64,000 nucleotides of DNA. Origin: Takakia lepidozioides (lineage: Eukaryota; Plantae; Bryophyta). The translations under genes were made by a program, and so were the position numbers. Below the pieces are notes generated by a model. That model was not told the origin of the DNA. It was given only the letters and a program-made list of their open reading frames with translations, and searched no databases. Shown one piece after another: positions 29,792 to 40,261 of this stretch (position 1 is its first letter; each line of letters begins with the position of its first letter). Where the stretch lies: positions 65,844,001-65,908,000 of the forward strand of contig CM060732.1 in the NCBI GenBank assembly GCA_030704615.1. The letters run 5' to 3'.

Positions 29792-32119
29792 TCATGATTT
29801 CCAAACTCGAATGGTGCTGTCCACAGAGGAGGTGAGCATGCAACTCTCGGTCGGATGATAGGACACACTTGTCACCTGCAATGGAAATTTGTACTACCCA
29901 ATGTCAATATGCAATCACGCCTGCAAATACAAATCCTAATGGAGGACTAAGATGTGATATGCATAATAATACCCACACGACAATGCGAGCTTCCCATAAA
30001 ACTTTAAAAGCTCCTCCGTAGCATCTACTTGAAGGCAATGAACATGAAGCACATTCTTGCTTCACATGCAACCCAATGAAATGGTCATCAGGCATCCATG
30101 AAGATTATAAACAGAAATCCAATGGGCTTACCACTGAGGTATGGGCTTTGAATGAGGAAACAACCGAAGCATCCACAAGGTCCCAAAAAAATACACGCCC
30201 ATCTTCAGAACCACTCACAACATGAGCGTCTGTATTAGTGAGACAGCTGTCCATCTTGTATGACTGCACAGTGGGACACACATGTTTAAACACGATATAG
30301 CGTAAATTTAAACTGTCTAATGTGCAGTTGATATTTAAAAAGAAGAAAATGCAGAACACCAATATCCCAAAAATGCATCTGTGGCTGAGCTACAGCCATG
30401 GACCACTGAAGCACACATTACAAAAGTGAACACATACACACCTACCAACCCACCTTGTTGTCGTGTCCCTTGTATTCCTGCAAAATCTCCCCTGATGCCC
30501 TGCAACAACATTCATTTCCTTGCTTTTTACTGGGGTGATAATCAGATCCAGAGTGAAGTTATGCTAAACGGGACTCATTCCACAACTGATTGTCAAGTGC
30601 TGCTAGGCATATCAAAGTCAGGAAAGAACTGGGTAACAGAGCAGCAGTGGCCACAACAGACTGGTAACACTAGCCATGGAAACACATGAGCTGCTGGCTC
30701 CTGAGCAGATTCCTTGGAGAGGGGCAGAGAAGAGAAAAACGAGGAGAACCTGTCAAGGAGGCGAAGAGTAGAATCAAGGCACCCAGCAAGGACACAGTTC
30801 TCATCATTAGACAATGCCACGCTATTGACTGCCTGCCCTAGCTCATCAACCACTTCCCTGCACACCCATCCATTCCCACCGAGCTAGAAGCGTCATGTTT
30901 ACTGTTACATTCCCATTTCAAACCATCACTGCACACAGCTACTGTAAGCTGGTGCCTTCAAGGGCAACTGTAAACCATCATACCTGCCAATTCTGATGTC
31001 AAAGGTGCGAACAGACCCATCCACACAGCCTGCCAAGATCTCTGTCTTGGTCACTACGACTGATGTCACACTGTCACCAAAGGTATCAATTACCTGCCAT
31101 GATTGCATACCCTAGTAATTAGCTACCACAGACACAGCAAAGGCCACTTGACAATCAAAAGCATTTCATGAAAACGCGTGAAGCACTCTATTCCAGATTG
31201 TTGTGTGACATTTTGAAAATATTTTCTGTTGGATTCTTCAGGCAAGTATTTCAGTTCCAACCGAGGCCACACATCAAATACAATTTGGGCGAGCTGAACC
31301 TGGATAGGATCCATACTGTGCGACCGGCAGTCCCAGGCGCGTACTGTGCGGTCATATCCGCCCGATACAAGTACTGCTGCAAATTCGTTGAACTTGACGG
31401 AGTTAATCTGTAACCAGAACCGAAATTGGGTATCAAACTCAAAAGTCAGCGGTTTGTGTGGCCACCACAGAAAAGCCAAATGCTGATGCAGGCACCTCAA
31501 CGACCTTTCTGAGACATGAAATGCTTAAAATGCAATGAGGCAGCCTCCTATCAGGACTCAAAAGATTCTAGGTCAGAAAGCATACTTCACTCTCGTGCCC
31601 TCGGAACTTGCGGATGATACGGCCAGTAGTGACATCCCAATAGAAAAGCTGCCGATCACCTCCGCAAGAGCTCAGCTTTGCGTTGTCTCTGTCACCCCAA
31701 CAACCATCTCACATCTAAAGCTGTGGACACCTGTGATTGAAAACAGGGGAGACAAAAACCCACTTAGGTGCTGCTTCTCGGCCCCTAGTTCAGAACAAAA
31801 ATTCTTACCCAGAACTCAAACAGATCCTACAGCTCTCAAAATACAAAACTTATCAACAAAAACAAGACACTGGGTACTCGAATACATGGTGATGCCACAA
31901 TGCACACCTCGAGACAGCAGCATCCCGAACTTCGCGCGCATGCCCAGCATACGTCTTGATGTGCAGGCCATTGTGGGGGTTCCAGAGACGAAGAGACCGA
32001 TCCTTCCCACAGCTCAAGCAATACTTGCCATCGTGGTTGAAGCGCGCCGCCAGCACCGCCCCCTCGTGCCCCCGCAGCACAGCCGCCTCCCTGCTCGGAA
32101 TTCCCCCCTTGCACGCCAT
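29792..32119 (-). CDS. WDR83: WD40 repeat protein 83 (MORG1 homolog)
   Basis: Exons LRGHEGAVLAARFN.DGKYCLSCGKDRSLRLWNP, IRKFRGHES, SGGYDRTVRAWDCRSHS.DPIQ, ILAGCVDGSVRTFDIRIG, CLDSTLRLLDR, SYKMDSCLTNTDAHVVSGSEDG, last exon VTSVSYHP..LTSSVDSTIRVWKS*. Confidence 0.92.
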
Positions 32120-32532
32120 ACCCACATCTGCACTCTCCCTCGCACCTCCAATCCAATCCCACACCAAGACACACACTGAGGACCCTCTTTCCCTCCCTCT
32201 CCTCACTCAACAAGACCAACCCATCGCTTTCCTGCGCCTCCACAATCGCATTCGATGCACAAAATGTGTTGTGTACAATTCTAGCGACGACCGAAGGTCG
32301 GAAGCTAGTTTGGCGTAGAGCAGGAATAGGGTGCCATAGTGCCACGTCATCGTCGCCACGTTTCGTAGCCACGTTTCGTCGTCAAATTCTTTAAATCTGC
32401 CCGGATTGCCCGCCCAATAAACGCCAATAGAATTCGTGGCGCGTGTTTCGAAACTGCCCAAACTCCCCATTTCTTGATTCGCAAGAGGGGTTTCACAGGC
32501 CGATCGTGATTCGCAGGAGGGGTTCACAGATT

Positions 32533-33648
32533 ATGAGTACACAGCAGGAGCAATCGCAAGGTGTGGCCTTTCTTAATGCACGATGTGAAGAAGTTTGTCC
32601 ATCCTGCAAATGGGGGCTCCTAGTACCATGATTTGTTATTCTTCCTGATGTTTACAAGGTTCTTGGGAGATTCAGCTTGGTCTTAGCAGGCCGTGTTTCA
32701 ATCTCTACTTGCTCAGCTGCACCGTGGTGGTTCTCACATACCAATCCGACATTACCTGACTACAGACACAAGCAGCACACACAGAGGTCCTTTTGGGTTG
32801 ATGGTCGGCCAAATCCTCCATGGGTCATGACACAAGGTCAAAGACAATGTGGTGAGGGCACTTTCTTCTTCGAACTATTTCAACCTGTTTTGCCCTCTCA
32901 TCAGACTCGGCCCTGACAAGTTACTGCCGTTGTGGCAGCATGAAAGTATCCAAAAATAGATGACAGAGATGAGGAGAAGCTTTGCATGAACACTTTTCCG
33001 ACCCCAGTCAATGGTGGGACAATGGAGACAAAAAGATGAATGTCTGTTGGACTACAGAGAGAAGCAGATGCAATTCAGAATTGGGGTGTCAGCTGCTAGC
33101 AGGTCTCCATGGGTCATGAAACAAGGTCAAGGACAATGTGGTAAGGGCACCTTCTTCTTCGACCTATTTCAGCCTGTTTTGCCCTCTCATCAAATTCGAC
33201 CCTGAGATGTGGGTCCAGATTCATCCAAGAGGGCCGGATTTCAAGCTCCAAATCACCCATGATTCCTTGTGGAAATGATAGCTACAAGAAACCTGCATGG
33301 GTAGATGGTCAACTGGAAGCCGCAGCAGTAGTGGTACAATTGATAAATTCAGGCACTGCTAATGAAGGCACCTTCTTCAAAACATTTCACCCTGTTTTTC
33401 CCTCTTATCACAATCGGCCCTAAATTTTCATGTTAAATTCTGCAAGTTAGCTGGTTGAGTGAACCTTTGATAGTTTGGAGTGACTTTGACATGATACTAC
33501 CAATGTGACAACACGGAAGTATCCAGAAATAGGTAACAGAGACGAGGAGAGGCTGTGGAATCAATACTTTTCTGACCCCAGTCAATGGTGGGACAATGGA
33601 GGCAAAAGGTGAATGTCTGTTGGATTACAGAGAGTAGCAGATGCAATT
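32533..33648 (+). pseudogene. Decayed multi-PDF-motif (OSB-like) gene 5' region, paralogous to the N-terminus of the 10.9-kb PPR gene
   Basis: TNPTLPDYRHKQHTQRSFWVDGRPNPPWVMTQGQRQC (~32739); EEKL..HFSDPSQWWDNGDK (~32970); cag|IHPRGPDFKLQITHDSLW..SYKKPAWVDGQL (33219); DEERLWNQYFSDPSQWWDNGGK|gtgaat (33541); internal duplication 32818-32916 vs 33106-33205. Confidence 0.8.
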
Positions 33649-33659
33649 GAGGATAATAA

Positions 33660-34530
33660 CACTACTGCAAATAGGGGGGGTTAGCGACGCCAGCCGCAAT
33701 TCCACGTCTCGCGCGGCGCTGAGCGTGCGACGTCCGCCCCACGACGCATTTTGCGACGCCCCAGAGTCGCTTAACAGCCGGGACGTCACAAGGTGGCATG
33801 AAGGGCAAGAGACAGCCCTTCTGTACGACTCCCAGCCGTCGCATGGTGAGTAACCCCCCTGCCACGCCTGGCCGTCGCATTATGGCTTGACTTGCGAAAA
33901 GGCCTCGGCGACGACCGGGCATTGCAGGGGGGGTGTTGCGACGGGGATTTTCGGCTTATGACGGTGGGGGGTCGCAACAAAGGGGGGGGGGGGGTGGGGT
34001 TTCTTTCAGTTAAGGGGCAGGGAGAGGGGGTGGGGACGGGGGATGGGACTCTGGGGGGGGACTAATATTCCACTAATGGGAAGATGAGGACTAATATTGT
34101 GAAGTCAGTGTTCAAGGTCAGCTCAAAAACACAAACATCTCCTTCCTCAAGGCACTGGTGGAGTGCAAATTGTGCCCAATCTTGAGAGTCCAGCTCCCGA
34201 CTGTAAGGGTGCTCCCATGTGCATTGAGGATTCCACACTTTGCCAGTGGATGGCAACCACACCACCGATGGAGTTCTCATACTCCACATCTTAGAAGCCC
34301 ACATTGGCTACCATGGCTGCAAACTACATGTCATTGGGTGCGACAGAGAGTTAAACATCGACTATGACACCTAGACATTATTAATATATGGGAGGAATTG
34401 ACACCTCCAAAGGATTTTTTTCATGGATTTTCCATTGATAAATCATAGAAATAAGCTACATGCTTGTACATGTACAATCAATCGAAGGGATGGATACAGT
34501 TCTTGCGAGAATTATTACGTAGCTTTGATT
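33660..34530. mobile_element. Non-autonomous CACTA derivative (Pack-CACTA-like) carrying a B3 fragment
   Basis: Starts CACTACTGCAAATAGGGGG; GCGACG/CGTCGC subterminal repeats; 34440-34520 is a copy of the transposase 3' end seen at 35440-35525. Confidence 0.7.
34062..34304 (-). pseudogene. B3 DNA-binding domain (REM/VRN1-like) C-terminal fragment
   Basis: WAQFALHQCLEEGDVCVFEL..ILVLIFP matches the B3 end signature W..F.....L..GD.CVFEL. Confidence 0.72.
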
Positions 34531-37050
34531 CACTACAGCAAATGGGGGCAGGGGGGGGGGGGAGGGTTGTGATGCCAGCCACGCCCCGTGCGGCGCTGAG
34601 TGTGCGATGCTAACCCCGTGGAGCGTGTTTGCAACGTCGGGCCGTCGCAGCCAAACCCGCGGGTCGCCACCTGGCGCTCGGGCCAAGCGGCGACGCCTGG
34701 CCGTCGCAGCCAAACCCCACGGGTCGCCACCTAGCGCCGGGGCCAGGCGGCGACGCCTGGCTATCGCACGGGCGGATGAAGGGCAAAAGGCAACCCTTCC
34801 GTGCGACGCCCCCTAGCAAAGGGCAGAACGCAGCTCTTTCTGGCGACGGCCGGTCGTCGCACGCCGAAAAAAAAAACCCTTTCTTGCCCTTTCTTTCATC
34901 GCAGCCCTTTCTTGCGACGCCAGGCCGTTGCATGGTGGCATGAAGGGCAAAAGGCCCCTGCGACGGCCGGGCGTCGCAAACTGCCCGGCTGCCCTATTCT
35001 TGCAAAACAAAAAAAACAGGTCACAGTTTGCGACTGCTAGCCGTCGTCGTTTGCGACCCCAGGCCTCATAAATCCATTCAAAAAACAGGTCACAGTTGGC
35101 GACGGTTGGCCGTCGCCGTTTGCGACCCCAGCCTCATAAATCCTAAAAACCGCGTCGCAGGTGGCGACGCGTGGGGGTCGCAGGCAGCGACGATAAGGCT
35201 TTCTAGGTTTAGGTTTAGGGCCTTTAGGGGTTCCTAGTTTTTTTTTTTTTTTTCATATGGTACTGGGGTAGGGTGTTTGGTTTTATTTATGGTTTAGCTT
35301 GTTGTTGTGGACCTTCTTGTAGATTGTGACATTCATTTTGATAATTCTCTTGATACCACATCTATATGTGTTGCTCCAACATATTCATTGTCTCTGCCTT
35401 CTTTCTTGAAAGACTACCAGCCACAGCCATATTTGATCAATCATAGAAATAAAAGTATAATATGCATGTACATGTACAATCAATCGAAGGGATAGGTCCA
35501 GTTCGGTGCGAGAATTGTTATCATATAGGGTCCAGGATGCATTGTCCAGGGCGTCATCATCCTCTTCAACTCTACCCAACCTCCATCATCAGCATCATTA
35601 TGACCAGTCTCTCCGTCCACCGCAATTGCCTCACCCCATGGAGATCCGAGACCATGATAGATATGTCTTCCTCTTGGTTGAGCATGCACAACCACCTTCC
35701 AATTCCCCCCTCTTGTTTTGTCATCGGAGAAGAAAACTTGCTCCATGTCTGAAGGCCGTGAAAAATGCTCATCGGAGGGACGATGAGTAGGGTTGAGCCT
35801 ATCTGCATTGACGCGCATGAAACCACAATCATCTTGCACTAGTGTTGCGGAGGGCCCCACAAGATGTGGCTGGAACCACCTTCCCTTGAAGAGAAGAGGT
35901 CAGTACCTTGTATACTGAAGTTGGAGTATGCTCTCAAGCTCTCCAATGTACTCAAGTTTGCTCATAGCAGGTCGTGTATCTCCCTTGCCCCACACGGAGT
36001 CTTGCCAATATGTGGCACACAAGCCAGAATCAAAGGTTGTTTTGCGCTTCATGTCAAGAGCACGAATGCAGAAATGATGACCGTGAACCCAAACCGCCAT
36101 GTATGAGGTCGCGAATTGAGAGAGGCCCCTTGCAATGTCTTGCACCAAATCTGAAACCACCTCTCCTTGAGCAACGACGTCATAAACTGAAGTCCGAAGC
36201 CACTGTTGGAATGAACTTAGAGGCTGCAATTCCATGGGCAAATTTTGTGAAGGAACATTCCGGCGGCCCGCTCCTCATCGAGGGCGTCTAGTAACCGACC
36301 TTGGATGGTTCCGCCTCCATGCAAGCGTCTCCTCCTCTCATTGGCGCTGAACAAGATTATTGTATCTTGCCTCCCACTCATGTATGGATGGGGTGTTCGT
36401 CAGTATGAAGTCATGCGCTTGCTCAATCACCAAGGTCGGCAATTTTACCCTCTTCGATTTTTTGGGCAAAACGATGTCCTTGGTTCGTGCATCCTCCTCT
36501 TCCTTCCACATTCGAGGGGCTTCCTCATCCACCCTTGCCATGTACTCCGTGCAATAGAACATAGCTTCTTGCAACGTATACCCCTCCGCCATGCTACCCT
36601 CCGGGTGCGCCATTTGTCTTACAAATCCTTTCAAAGTCTTCATATAACGCTCAAGGAAGTACATCCACCGAGAATGAACGGGGCCGGCAATCGAAGCCTC
36701 TTCCACTAAGTGCACTTGGATGTCAAAGAAAGAGGGATGAATGTGCATATCCAACATACACATTACCTCCGCCGCCTCCTTCTTCATGTGTGGAAAATCT
36801 GTTTCTTCCAACTCTTTGGAGCAAATCCACCGAAACAAGCCTCCTAATCTATAGATTGTCTCACGAACCTCGGGAGTCAATGTTCCACGTACTGCAAGTG
36901 GCAAGATGTCTTGCAATAGATTGTGGTAGTCATGAGACTTCAAACCATGGACCCCGTCTTCTTCGCTGAACTTCATACGGAGGGATGACCCATAACCAGT
37001 TGGTGTTCGGACAGCACTTATGGTGGCTATCACTTTCTTGTATTCCTCCT
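34531..37050 (-). mobile_element. CACTA (En/Spm) transposon fragment: one terminus plus decayed transposase C-terminal half
   Basis: CACTACAGCAAATGGGGG terminus, dense GCGACG/CGTCGC subterminal repeats to ~35190; transposase motifs GLKSHDYHNLLQ, FFDIQVHL..GPVHSRWMYFLERYMKTLK, HPEGSMAEGY, QVFFSDD...WKVVV; frameshifted. Confidence 0.9.
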
Positions 37051-37051
37051 C

Positions 37052-39225
37052 TCTACAGCAACATGCTTGTCTTTGTCTTTTGAATGATGTTTCTGAATGT
37101 ATCCCATCCATGCCAGCAATCGGTGGTTGCCGTCCCAGACGTAGAACATGTGGTTGTAGAATTGTTGGGTGTTATTTCCCATCATGAGGCCCAGCTCGAA
37201 CTCCTCATTAACATCTTACCAACACTCATCCCAGGTATCGATGATCTCAGGAGACACTAATGTGTTTTTCCCATTTGTATCCATCAGTGGCATGCACCAA
37301 GTCTGTATCCATGCACAAAATCTGTTTCCAATTTTGTAATGTCATGGGAAAGTGGAGGATGCACAACAGGCATAGATATCATCCGGCATAGTGGGATGTC
37401 AAGACGCCCTCCAGAGACGAGCATGTCCCTAATAACCTCCTGAGAGTTTACCTTATGGAATGACATGAGTTCTTTCACCTTGTCAAGGTAGTGCACTTCA
37501 GGTTCATCTGTTTCATCGCTATTCTCCGAGCTCTTGGCATACTCGTCCCCATCTCCAGAACCTTTTGCCTATGTTCATGTCAGCTTGGACTTCACAGTTT
37601 TCTGCACGATGCCATGCCAATCAGACATTCAGTTATGTGCAAATAGTGATGGTTGGCACCGACAATCACAGTCCACAGGCAAAACAATGACAGCATAGTG
37701 ACTTCAAACTGATTAAAAATGTTCAATGCAACTTCTTTACAATAGAAAGTTCTCTATGTTCTGAAGGGACAACGATTGGCGGTACCGACAATCATAATCT
37801 ATACGTGTATCTTGTGTTGTGGAATATGGCAAACCAAATCACTGTGTCTGCAAAGTGAATGTCAGTACCGACCATCAGTTTGTCTTGTCTCAAATCACAG
37901 TGATTGGCGGCACCGACAATCACAACCATCTACACTAACAAAGCTGATATAGACGAATGCAAACCAAAACACTATGACTGCATAGTGATGGTCAGTACCA
38001 ACCATCACTCTCTTTCTGGGCAAGCAGGTACAGAAAGGTTTTGAGCATTAACGAACGGCGTTAACAACAATAAAAAAAACATTACACTCGAAAGACTGAC
38101 ATGATCGGTTTGGTGCAAAGAAATATATCTCATAGTGATTGGCGGCACCAACACTCACTTTAGTTTGTAACAGAAAGTGAGAGGAATGCACATTGTCTGA
38201 AATGCAAGAAGTCTATGTTGCAAAGGAAAGAGATCGACGTTAATCATAGAGACTCCATTGTGATGGTCGTTAAAGACAATCACTATTTCTTGTCTCTTTG
38301 GTATGTACTTTGCAACTGTTTTTAGACATGAAGCTACAGTATGGTCTCAAGAAAAGTGATTGGCGGTACTGCCATTCCTCTTCCCTAGTCTGTTCAACCT
38401 GAAACAGAGAAAATGCAATGCGAAACAATATGACTGAATAGTGATGGTCGGTGCCAACCATCACTCTCTCTCCATGCATGCAAGTACAAGAAGCTCACGA
38501 GGAGAATCAAATGGCGTTAACGACACTCACACTACACTAGAATGGAAAACATTGCGTTTGGTGCAAATCAATACTGGATCATAGTTACTGTCCGCACCGA
38601 CACTCACTTTCTTTTGTATTAGAATGTGAGTTTTGAAATGAAAGAGAATGACGTTGCCGACAATCACAGGTTCCTGCTACAGAAAGAAAGAGAAAGAGTG
38701 CTGGAAAGGCAATCAGACTGACTTTATGATCTGAAAAACAGTGAATGGCGGTACCACCAGTCACAAACAACTGGTATGGAAAACCTGAAACAGAAGAATG
38801 CAAAGCAAATCAACATGACTTCGTAGTGATGGTCAGTATCGACCATCACTTTCTAGGACATTTCACTCACTCACTTCGTACATCTGTAAACATGAAAAGG
38901 AATGGTGAAGAACACTTACTGGCGCCTTCTTCGGTTTTGAGTTTGGATCCATATCTACAGCTTTCCTCTTCCCCTTCACATCTGTCGGAATTCCTGTCTG
39001 GTCTAGGGTTTGTAGACCTTCTTCCGGTTCTGCATTCCCCGGACTTCCACCTCCTTCAGTTTCCTTGCGAATCATCTCTGCTTCCACAGTCTAGTTTCCA
39101 ACGCTCATTGTTCCTTCTGGTTGTGTGACAGCTGCAACCTCATTCTCGGTCTGCTCTTGTGTTGCAGTCTCCGCGTTCACCTGCTGCCGTGGCCCTGTGT
39201 TCTCCATCAAACGACGCCTCGTCAT
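37052..39225 (-). pseudogene. TE-associated gene with ParB/sulfiredoxin-like domain; two exons, 3'-truncated
   Basis: Exon 1 39225-38920, phase-0 GT-AG intron 38919-37602, exon 2 in frame: DIPLCRMISMPVVHPPLSHDITKLETDFVHGY ... MFYVWDGNHRLLAW (DGNHR at 37134-37120). In-frame stops are TAG/TGA/TAA consistent with C-to-T decay; one frameshift. Confidence 0.7.
37645..38850. repeat. Array of 13 imperfect 26-bp palindromes, idealised AGTGATGGTCGGTACCGACCATCACT
   Basis: Copies start at 37645, 37771, 37854, 37899, 37984, 38134, 38259, 38355, 38440, 38583, 38643, 38740, 38825. Confidence 0.88.
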
Positions 39226-40261
39226 TTGCTCTCTTGCTCTGAGTCTCTCTCTAAGGGAAGTAAAATAAAGTGACTTCCTTCTCTTTCGTATCGTAGAAGG
39301 AACCCTCTCCAGCTTGACTACCTCTCTCCCTCTACGTGCGGAAACAAGAAAGACAAAGTGACTCTCGATTTCTTGCGGAGTTGCGTGCGTTAGGGATTGT
39401 CTCTAGAAGCATCGGTTTCCCTCTCGCGTGACCATTACACAAATGTCATTCCCTTATTAGTGTACCTGCCAGCCATTAGTGGACAGCTGTTCGTCTACAA
39501 TGTAGTTTTCGAAGTCTGACGTGTGTCGCCCAAAATGAACGGCGTGTCGTTTATTTGAAAGGTTTCAATAATTGAATATAACAGCGACAAATATTATAAA
39601 TGAATATAACATTACAAATAAAAAAATAGTTGGTCTGACTGCTCCTAGAGAATTATCTGGAATATGCCTATGTTGAAACTATGGGGCCATCTGGCGCACA
39701 AACTCAGACAATGCCTATGCCATCAGAACCATGGCACCATGGAAAATATGGGACCATCTGGCATACAAACTCAGACAAATATATGTAAGTAAACGAGTAT
39801 TTGTTGACAAATTTCTGGATATCGTACACATTCATCCTTGTAAGCCCACCCCACGTTCGTTTCAAAGTTTGGACTTTCCAGGTGCGCATGATCAATGGTA
39901 CTGTTATTAAGATGCATTTACTTCATCTGCTATCCCACCCTCAGATCCTTTGGCACACTTCTGAGAAGTCGGCTGGTTATTATGTTAATTGATGACGTTC
40001 TCAATAAAGGTTTAACAGCTATCGAAATTGCTCCTAAGGATACTCCGTCTACAGGGCCCACAAAAAAAGTAATTAAAATGGATGGCGACATGTCAGGAAG
40101 AGCTTGCCAGAGGCAAGGAATAACAGAATGTGCACAATCATCGTGTGTACTTCCTCCGCGATATTATCTGCTCATGCTTCACCAGTGTTTTGGAGACCTC
40201 AGTCAACAGATTTCACTGAAGAGCTGCAATAGCAAGGGATCTTCGTACGAGAGGAGGCAAG

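Noticed and set aside
31535-32372. 214-aa plus-strand and 178-aa minus-strand ORFs
   Set aside because: Antisense or off-frame to WDR83 exons; no motifs
33641-35237. Arg/Pro-rich ORFs on both strands
   Set aside because: Products of GC-rich CACTA subterminal repeats
37645-38850. CRISPR array interpretation of the palindrome array
   Set aside because: Eukaryotic context, no cas genes, degenerate repeats, irregular spacing and spacers related to each other
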